64,000 nucleotides of DNA from Asterias rubens (lineage: Eukaryota): NCBI RefSeq assembly GCF_902459465.1, contig NC_047082.1:9796001-9860000 (forward strand). The letters are read 5' to 3'. This document shows, in pieces, positions 49,064 through 59,400 of this stretch. The notes under the pieces are model-generated. The model saw only the letters and a list, made by a program, of their open reading frames with translations. It searched no databases and was not told the origin of the DNA. The translations under genes were made by a program, and so were the position numbers. Numbering within the stretch: position 1 is the stretch's first letter; the number at the start of each line of letters is the position of its first letter.

Positions 49064-50763
49064 TTATGAAGATACAACTATGGAGTCCCGAGTGCAACTT
49101 GGTTCAACGGCTTCAGCCGCTTCCCTCTGCAGTATGTTCCCTACGCCGGATAGGATTAAATCCGTTGCGACAGAAACATCGTCAACCACACAGTGCGCAT
49201 CCCCCTCGAGGGCCTTCCGGTCGGCTATGCCAGTTAAAACACCTGAACAGAGAAACAAAAATATTTGATTTGTCAGTCGACCAAATTAATTTCAAACCAA
49301 ATATATTGTATTTGAGTTACTTGGTAACGACATTTCTTCACCAAATTTTTGGGTTATGGATTGGTGACGTCCGCACTACATATAATGTGAGTTCCAACAA
49401 CAGTACAATGTTTGTCAAAGACTCGCCACCTACTAATTTTTCAGGTACATGTAGTTCTCTGATGGCGTTTAACTGCATTTTTATTTTTTTGTATAAGTGT
49501 ATCCGGCTTACTTTAGTTTCTTTTTCATTGGACGACAAACATGTTGAGAAATCCTCATTAAATAACTGAGCCGCAACTTGTGTTTTCAAATTCAAGGCGA
49601 GTGAGTGAGTTGTTGCACTGAAATTTGTAAACCAATAAGACTCAGGAGAAAAAAATTGCTTACCTATAGAGCAGCCAAGTTGAGCATTTATCCCCAGTCT
49701 GACATCACAGGGGGAATCCCCAACCATGACTGCATTCTCCGGCTGAACCCCAAGCTGGGCGCATATCATGAAAGCAGAGAGTGGGTGTGGCTTAGCAATC
49801 ATCCAATCATCATCGCCGCATACCGCGATGTCAACCAGCTTTGACACGCCTAGTCGATGTAGATTATCAAGAGTTGCTTCTCTACTATCGGACGTGTTTA
49901 TGGCGATCTGGAAGCCGCTATGTTTGAGTCTCTTGAACATGCTGGTGACATCTCCGATCGGCTTGGTCTCACCAAACCTTGCACCACCCTCCTCTATGCA
50001 TTCCCTGACAACTTTATCCGCTTCACAGGGAGACATCCCTTCTTCTTGGAGAACTTCAGACAGACACTCCTGGACCATTTCAAGAGTGCCTTCGCCAAGA
50101 ACGCCTGGTAGGATTCTCCCGGCTCCATCGTCGAATCCAACTTTTGTAAAAGCTTTGTCAGATATGATTAAGTCTGTTCTGCTCATCATGCTGTAGGTGG
50201 AGAAAAAAAACCAGATTCGGTCTTGACTCTTGAACTTTACTCTGGGACTCAATGGATTTGTGGTTGATGGGGCACCGTAAATGAAAAGTATGATGAAAGT
50301 TTCCATCAGATACCAAAATTTTGTTATTCAAGACTCTGAAGTATTCAGTAGGCAACATGAGGTTGCAAATCTTGCAATGGGGCTTTTCCTGATATAAATG
50401 GTGTCCAAACATGGAATTAGTTTTTCTGGAAATAATCAAGGGCATTATTCACGAGCACCAGTTTTGTACCTGTCCTTTTGCAAGCCTCTATAAGGGCAAG
50501 GCAGTTTTCCATTGATAAAGGGCCCTTCACGGAGATAATTATCAATCTTGATTGGAAGTTTTCAAGGGGCACTAAGGCAATCACCAGAAAATGAAACCAA
50601 ATTACCTCGTCACTATGCCTCGTATCCATGGCGCCCACTGAGAATGAACATCAATAAGGGTGCCATCTTTGTCAAAGATTATGACCGTCTTATTCCGCGC
50701 CCTCCTCTTGATTCCTGAAGTCACAGATCTAAACCACTTGGAGAATTGAGCAGTCAATGACAT
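49064..50763 (-). CDS. HAD-superfamily hydrolase (phosphoglycolate phosphatase-like fold), 3 coding exons, 287 aa, with an Arg-rich N-terminus
   Basis: Exons 50606-50763, 49664-50190 and 49064-49242. Motif I is IIFDKDGTL, motif II INTSD, motif III KPHP, motif IV VGDSPCD. There are in-frame stops just upstream of ATG 50763. Two probable upstream leader exons lie at 51419-51569 and 52778 to about 52970. Confidence 0.85.
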
Positions 50764-53700
50764 CTTGGTGAGTGGTGAAACAGTTTAAGAAGTTCAGCTG
50801 ATAAGTGTCGGTGAGAGTTTGCACTTCGATACCTGAACACAGAAAAATGTTAAGCACGAACAAATATTTAGAACAGGAAAGGCCTTGGCATCTCGGGATG
50901 GTGTAAGAGTTTGAAAACTTTCTTTAAATTGAGAGAAGATAACACCTTTAACAATACATGTAGAATTGGTATTGTTTTAATGTTTTCTCAAAAAGTAAAG
51001 CATTTCATGGAATAATATTTCAAGAGAAGTCTTTCACCCATTACCTTCTGTAAACCCTGTAAGTTATTTGTAAATCTGTAAACTTTTTTTTTCTGCACCG
51101 AAAGTGTTCAATGGCTTTAAGTTAAAATTCAATAAGACACTCTAATGAATGCAACATGAACTTTTTGAAGATGACATAGATGTTGGGAAAAAAACTCCAG
51201 CTAGGGGAAAAAAACTCCAGCTAGGAAAACAAAACATGTAGTCTGATGTGGACTGAAACCCAATCCTCATAAAAGTCACATACTCTTGTTGGGATTCGAA
51301 CGGGGGTCCACTGAGGTGAGAGCCAGGGAACAAACCACTGAGCCAAGCTGAATCCCCATGTGTCCGAATCAAAGAGAAAATTGGCAGACGATATTTTTCT
51401 TTATTTAAGGAGACAAACCTTATTGCAGGAACAATCTGAAAGGCTTCGTTTTAATCATCCATTTCTTCCACATCAAGTGAAGTGATGACGAAAGACACCG
51501 ACTCCTGAATTCCAGACATTTGTAAAGAGTCTCTAAAGACAAACGGAACCTTAAAGGAGTTGTCGTCTCCTATAAAACAAAAACAAATAGTATAATTTAA
51601 TAATCGATGTAAGAAGATACAACTTTGGTATGGGTTATAAGTCGAGCTTTATTCTAGATAATGAGAATCGACTGTTACATGCAGGTGGCCATGTTATAAG
51701 GTGATACAATGCATTATGGGAAGTAAATACTAGACTAGACACTGTATATTATCTTCCTGTCAATCAGAAAGTCTCTCTCATACAAACATTGGTGTAATGT
51801 CTATGGGGAATATGATTGAAGGACATAATTCAAGAAACTGTGATTTGAACAGCAAACTAGACGAAACACTTTATTCTAGTCATTGTGAAATCAGTGGTTA
51901 GCTTGGTAGGATTCGAACCTAACTTATTCGAACCCACAACCTTGTCATTGCAAGTGCTGCAGTCTAACCACTGGACCACTGGACCCCTGGCCCTGTGTAA
52001 ACCATGGTAATGCATGTATGGTATTGTATTGTATTTTTATCGAGGTAGTCGCTCCAGAGTAGACAGCTAGTACTACAACTAGATTAATTTCCAGGATAAC
52101 TTTCCGTATGGTGCCACCACTTTTTCACTCATTTTTACAAAAAGGGATGGATAACTTTCCGTATGGCGCCACCACTTTTATATCTCATTGAGGTAAATTA
52201 GATACTATATTATTTCATATCAAATGAAAAAGTGGTGACGCCATACGGAAACTTTTCCCTTTCCAATTTCCATTCCATCCTCCACAAACTATACTATTTT
52301 ATAATTTTATAAGGTTTCTCGTGAAGAGAGAACCTTATTCTATAGTTTCCAAGTTACTAACTAGTATACATCATGGAGCTCCATGGATGGTAACAATAAC
52401 ATTAACAAAGTGATGTAAATAATTAATAATTAAACTGTGTACTCACGTCACGGTTTCGCCCAGATCCTGGGTTTGACCACCTACTGTAGTACGTAGTGTT
52501 ATCCGATCAGTTTGTTTTCAGCAATTGCAACGAATAATATTCACAAATAGAATTGGTCAAGGTCATGCTCTACTGATCATCCGATCCGCCTGACGGAGTT
52601 CTGGTGAACTTCAATCAACCTTTGTTGACCTTAGTAAATACCCTTGCTCATAACAATGAGCAACAAACCACTGTGGTGGTTGGGAAGAAAATATGACTTT
52701 AGCTTTGCTGGGCTTGGCCTATAGGGATAGGTCAGTCATAGGCCTATAGGTCAGTCAATCTGCTGCTGTTGACTGACCGGTTGTATGTGTAGACGTCAGA
52801 GCAAAAAGACTGAACTGTAGCGAGTATGTGCGGTGACCAAGCATAAAACACACAAGGCCGCCGACACTGTCCGGCCGGTCCGTCTTCAGCGCGCGCCATG
52901 TGAACACCGGTAGCTGCGCACCACGCGAAGGACACGCAGCACAACATCCATAAGCTTTCAAAACCTCATAACAGTTTTGTAATCTAGTCAGGTCACCGTT
53001 TACAAAAGGTCCCTTACAAAACGTGTTGGATGAGTTGGTTACTAGACGTCATGTGATAGTCATGTGTACAACATTGATTATGTAATGGCGCTGTTGGTTG
53101 CTAATAATAATATAGCATAGAGCAAGCGGACCAGCATTAAAGAGCAAGGAAGGTTGTACAAACGGTGTGTGTATGCATATATGCATGAACGATCGTCCAT
53201 CAAAATAATTGGTGCCACTTTTATCGGAGAGCTTTGTGGAATTTAAACTTAAATATTGGTTTTTGACAGGCCGCGATTGTAACAAAATTTCCAAAATACA
53301 AATAGCAGCAACCATTATAGGGATAGGCTAACTGTAGGAAAGCATAGTTTATAGTATATAGCTATTTTGTGTGTTTTTATTTCGAAGTTCATTGGGAACT
53401 TTATGCCTACAGAGTAAAATTTATGTTGGGGGTTGAACTAAAGAATTGACTGGAGTGGGATTCAAACCGGAGGTCGTTGGTTCGAATCCCGTCAATTCTT
53501 TGTTCAACCACAAAAATCATGTTCAAAATTTACCCAGTCAGTTTCCCTTGTAATAGAGTGAACTTTAGTCTTGGTTCCAAGACCTTCACATGGATCAATC
53601 AACTCTCAGCTTCCACTGCGAGAGACAATCGTCAACAGAAATAAATAGAGGAAAGGTCGCCCTCTGCCTGACTATCGTGTATGCAAAAGTAACGTTTTGG

Positions 53701-53958
53701 ACCAAGACTACACTAGGGACTTTGTGTAGCTTTGAGAAACACGAGCAGCTGTCGAAACCCGTACCCACTCAAGCGACACCCTTGTGGCCACATTATTCCG
53801 GGGAGCAAAGTCCTGACCTCTGCTGCACGATTTGCACAGGGACTATAGCTCGTGGCAAGTTTGTCCCCGCATAATATAATAGCACTCACCAAACAAAGCT
53901 TGTTCCAACAATTCTCATCGACACCGTTACATAATCGCAACAATATTTTCATTAAAAA

Positions 53959-54423
53959 ATGTCTCAAGTTGCGAAGGACTTGACAACTGCCTCGCTTGAG
54001 GAGATAGTCAAGTGTCTGAATCTCACTGCACATCCAGAGGGTGGCTTTTACACGGAGAGCTACCGCTGCGATCGTAAGAGTGAGAATGGCCAGTCGCACT
54101 GTTCAGCTATCTACTACCTGATGACGAAGGAACACGGCCTAGCATGGCATAAACTCAATGGACTCGATGAAATGTTTCACTTCTATGCTGGCGCTCCGGT
54201 GGAAATCAGTCTGGCATCGCCGGAAGGTGCCTTCCTGGAGAAGAAAATCTGCGGCTTGGATATCTTCGGGGGGCAGCGACCTCAAGTGTTGGTTCCAGCT
54301 GATCATTGGCAGAGTGCGAAGTGTCTGGGGGAATGGACACTCTATGGTGTCATAGTCAGTCCTGGATTCGAGATCCAGTACTCGGAGCAAGCCCCAGATG
54401 GCTGGAAACCAACTGGGATTTAG
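53959..54423 (+). CDS. Intronless DUF985 / cupin_5 (Cff1/YML079W-family) cupin, 154 aa
   Basis: Single ORF with LxLxxHPEGGFY, SAIYYL, WHKL..DEMFHFYAG, RPQVLVPADHWQSA and VSPGFE, the family-diagnostic motifs. Confidence 0.88.
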   Translation: MSQVAKDLTTASLEEIVKCLNLTAHPEGGFYTESYRCDRKSENGQSHCSAIYYLMTKEHGLAWHKLNGLDEMFHFYAGAPVEISLASPEGAFLEKKICGLDIFGGQRPQVLVPADHWQSAKCLGEWTLYGVIVSPGFEIQYSEQAPDGWKPTGI

Positions 54424-55875
54424 AGTGATGGGTCTTCGAGTCTTCTTTTGAGTCCAACATCTACTCTTCAAAATGATGTTTCGGGGAGGATTTGGCGCAT
54501 CTCACGCACGGCCAACAGGTCATCTCCTCACATCTCAGCTATAGTCTCATTGACTTACGGAGGACAAAACTATACTCTTCTACATCTTGATGCCTTCCAT
54601 TTTTCAGATAAACTGGAACTAAACAATGAACATTATCAAAATCAAAAGGACCATAACGGCTGAGCAATTTTGAGCAGGTCGACATTGAACTCTTCATCTT
54701 GAACTTCACTCAACCCATTTCCTTTTTTTTAGTAAATGAATCTAGAGACATGCTTGTTTTTCAGTTATTTGTCAATCTTTTCTTGCGATATAAAACATAA
54801 TAATTATGCCTGCTTTCCGAAACTATAATGTAATTTATACTGAACTATAGGTTTGGGTCGAATTTTTCCACTTTTGCCGGGCTAGTCTTCGATCAAGTGG
54901 CTTGATGTGATTATTATTTTTTTTTATTAATGGTTGTTTTAATCTGAATAAAAAACAACCAAAAGGTTGACAACATTCAAATTTATAAAGAAAAATGGAA
55001 TTCACAATAAACAGGCAAAATCTATACATAAAATACACAAACATTAAAAGAAAAAAATCATTAATTAGCAGAAACACGCCATAAAAAAAATGACAAAGGC
55101 GTACATAAAAAAAACAGACAAAAAGTTTAAAATTTGCCAAGCAGCCCCAAAAATTATTTCAATATTCTAGCTTATGAGGGTATCGTGGATTTACTATAGC
55201 GCTCAGTTTTGCATTTAGGTATTTGAAATCTAGTAGTTGAGGCTGCTATGAGTTGCATTGTTAGTGGTGTTGAAGTTATTTTTTAACAACCATGGGGGAG
55301 AGGGGGTTTTTTAACAGGTTGACTTGGTATTTTGTTTGCCTTGTATAAAACATGTTCTTCTAATCGTTTAACTTCAAAAAATAAAGTTGATCTCCGAACT
55401 TCAGTTCGGATTTTTTTTATTGAACTATTAAAAGTATGGATACACTTTACCTTTTTTGTTTTCGTATTATTTCATCCCAGATATACATGTAGTTGTTAAT
55501 AAAATGGACTCGATAAAGCTTTTTGTTTTAATAATTATTACAAATTTATGTTCAAAAAGCCTCCTTGTTTAATTCGCTGTTGCAAACTGATTTAATACCC
55601 TAAGTACCTTTGGCATAATGGAAAACAACTTGGTGGATTGACTTTTTGATCTCTAGCCGCTAGAAAGATGTTAAAACGCAAATTTATGATAGATTATTAA
55701 CTTACAAGCTCAAAGTCCCACGGCCCTCATATTATTTGGATTTGATCAACAGAAAGTTCGTGGTTTGTTTGTTGTACTTACCTAGATCACTGCCATGCTT
55801 GTACTAGACCGTCTCCAAGCCCCCCCCCCCCCACACTTTTTTTGTTTGGGGGGGGGGGGGGAGTGAGCGAAGCCA

Positions 55876-56264
55876 GCCGGTGTCAGATGCAATTATGTCC
55901 GCCATGCAATACTGTCCGCTCCGGACACTTGTGCGTATGCAATTGTGTCCGGGGCAATGCAAAAACCGTCCGGCGGACGTGTACAAAAACATGACTGCGC
56001 ATGTGAGTGTGCATGCACTTACTCTATGACTGAATTAACGTATTATGATTGCAGCGAATACCAACGGCCGGACATTCATGACATGCACTTTAATATTAAC
56101 TTGTAAAAAAACAATGGCGAGGGTGTTCCGTCGACCAAGGGCGTTTAATTTACTGCAAGGACGGTTTTGCACGGGGCGGACACAACTGCATATGCATTAT
56201 GCAGCAGCGTCCGGGCGGACACGATTGCATATGCAAAACCGTGCATGCAACATAACACACCGGC
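55876..56264. mobile_element. Long-palindrome MITE-like element immediately upstream of TCEA exon 1
   Basis: Ends gccggtgt..acaccggc; the arms carry reiterated gcatatgcaa / gtccg..cggac motifs in inverted orientation. Confidence 0.55.
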
Positions 56265-56408
56265 GCCCACCACAGATTAATTGAGGGCGCCATTCTTTTT
56301 CTGCACTGGACGAAAATTCAGCTTTACGTTTTGGCGGCTTCGAGCACATCACCAACCAAGGTTTATTTTGATTTCTTTCAAGCCTACGTTTGTTGTTTCG
56401 ATCTCGCG

Positions 56409-59400
56409 ATGTCTGCGTGTGAGAAGGAAGTGATCAAGATTGGCAAGCAATTGGAGAAAGTAATAAAGAGCGATGTGGTAAGTACTTATTTCGGTATTTC
56501 GATGTTGTGTTTGCACTTCGAAGCGTGACCCATTTCTGCATTCATTTATCCCTTAACCAGTCCCGCTATTACGTGGTTTATTGATGCCATGGATATACAC
56601 GGGTTATTATTAGACAGTAGAGATGCTGAGTAAGATACGAACTTTCAGGCTGTTGTTATTTGTATACACTACAAACGGAAAAGTTTCCGTATGGCGCCAC
56701 CACTTTTTCATTCTATATGAAATAATAATTAGTATCTAATTTACCTCAATGAGATATCCCTTTTTGCAAAAATGAGTGAAAAATTGGTGGCGCCATACGG
56801 AAAGTTATCCCTACAAACAAACAAACAAACAAACAAACAAACCAACAAAAACAGAAACCCCAACAAACAACCATAATTTACCTGCTATATAAAAAAAAGT
56901 AAATAGATTCTGTTTCTGGAATGCCGTACAATAACAACAAATGGAAAGGTCTCTGTATGGCGCCACCACTTTTTCTTTCGATATGTAATAATATAGTATC
57001 AAATTTACCTCAATAAGATAACCCTCTTTTGTAAAAATGAGTGAGAAAGTGGTGGCGCCGTATAACAAGTTATCCAATGACCAATGGATTTTATGATCCC
57101 ACTGTTTTTTTTTCTTCTTCAAATTAATTGTTGCAATTGCATACGTCTTATCTGACAAGAATAACATTTTGTTGAAAACAACACTCAATCACAAATGCTT
57201 TGAAGACACTGGACACTATTGATTGGTATTTGTCAAAGACCAGTCTTCTCACTTGGTGTATCTCAACGTATGCATAAAATAACAAACCTGTGAAAATTTG
57301 AGCTCAATTGAATTGGTCCTTCAAGTTGCGAAATAATAGTGGAAGAAAAAACACCCTCTTCACATGAAGTTGTGTGCGTTCAGATGCTTGAATTCTAATT
57401 CTGAGGTCTCTTATTCTAAATCAAAATCGTGGAAAATTCTTTCTCGAAAACTACGTCACTTCAGAGGGAGCCGTTTCTCAGAATGTTTTATACTATCAAC
57501 CTCAACCATTACTCGTTACCAAGTAAGGTTTTGTGCTAATAACTATTTTGGGTAATTACCAATATTATAGTGTCCACTGCCTTTAAATAAATGCTCTAAC
57601 TAAATGAGGTTTTGGTTTGTTGTTTTTTAATGATTATTTCAGTCAAGTACTGAAGCCATGGATCTTCTGAATCAGCTGAAAGAGCTTCCAATTTCCTTGG
57701 AAATATTGCAGGTGAGCTCAGTAAAATTCCAATCCACCCAGAAATGACCCACGGCACCCACAGCAATTGCCCTCTACTTTTTCCTTGGTGCCCTTCCCCA
57801 TGTTCTTAAAGGAACACGTTGCCTTGGATCGGTCGAGTTGGTCTTTGAAAAGCGTTTTGTAACTGTTATAAAATCGGTATGTTTAGAAAGATGTTGTAAA
57901 AGTAGAATACAATGATCTACACGAAATTGCGTGGTTTTCGTTTTACCTCGTCGACAAACACGGTCGGCCATTTATGGGAGTCAAATAAATGGCAGACCGT
58001 GTTAGTTTGCGACGTAAAATGAAAACCGTGCAATTTTGAGTGATACTTGTGTGGATCATTATATTCTACTTTTAAAACATCTTTTTAACCATATGCATTT
58101 CATAACAAACGGTTACAAAACGCTTTTCATAGACCAACTCGACCGATCCAAGGCAACGTGTTCCTTTAAAGACAAGTTATACATTCTCATTTTTTTATAA
58201 CAGAAGTGCTCCTTCCAGGCAGAGGAAAATTGCTGTGCCCCTAAACTTTTAAGACTAAAATATTGCCTTGAAATACTGCAGGGCCAAATTTCATGGGTCT
58301 GCTTATCGCCGAACTCTGCGCTAACGATCACCATTTTCCACTAACTGGCCAGCGCCAAACTTCTGTGCCACTTCAATTTGGATGATTTCAAACTTTAAGA
58401 TTCAGATGGATTCGTTGTTGAAATACTTATGTTGTAACTAAGTGTTCTGTTTTTACCTAACAGAGAACCAGGATTGGTATGTCGGTGAATTCACTGCGCA
58501 AACAGAGCGCCGAGGAAGAAGTGATATCACAAGCCAAGGCGCTCATCAAAGGGTGGAAAAAACTCCTTCCGGCACAAAGTAAGAGATGTTTCAAAACAGG
58601 GTTCGAATTTGTAGGAAGAAATCAAGAAGATCGACGGACTTGGCCGGTCACAAGTTTACTGGCCAGACATTTAAACCACTTGCCTCTGGCCTGTTGTCCA
58701 GTGTAAAATTTGGAGCCCTGTTTTATAAAAGACACTCACTAGATTCTAATAGAAAACAGACCAAAAGTTAAACTCTAGCAAAGTACTGTGTACAAGATTC
58801 GAACAAGATTCTGAAAGAAACGTTTGTGAGCTCCAAAGTCCAGTTAAGAATGTGAGCTTTTTCAAGAATTTGAACATAAGTAGTCCTATTTACCCTTCCT
58901 CGCATTAAGTGATTTACCAAGATCCCTCTTCATTCTATCAACATCCCACAATACAGTATCAAAGGGTCTGGGTACTTTTTGTAGGACACAAAACACACTG
59001 TCCACAGATTTACATTAAACTTACACTAAAGCTTCACTAAAAAATATTACTTACTGAGGTGCTGTAGTTTTTCAGAAATTAGGAAAACAAGTCACGAAAA
59101 TAATTGTTCGTCTCAGTGAGACGAAAATGATTTGTGGCACAATATACTTACTTACTTAACTGCTAAGGACTACGTGGCCCTTGGCCTCCTTAGAAAATCG
59201 TCCCCATTCAGGTCACAAAAATATTAAACTTGGCACAATATGTTACAGTGGTATAACAATTTGATACCCTATAAACCATCTTGTTGTTCCTCAGCTCCCA
59301 ACAAATCAAGTAGTTCTCAAAAGGAGAAGAAAGACAGTGGTGATGATTCCCGGGAGCCCTCCCCTCCTCTGCCAAACGGTAGCGGCGATGGTAAATCCGG

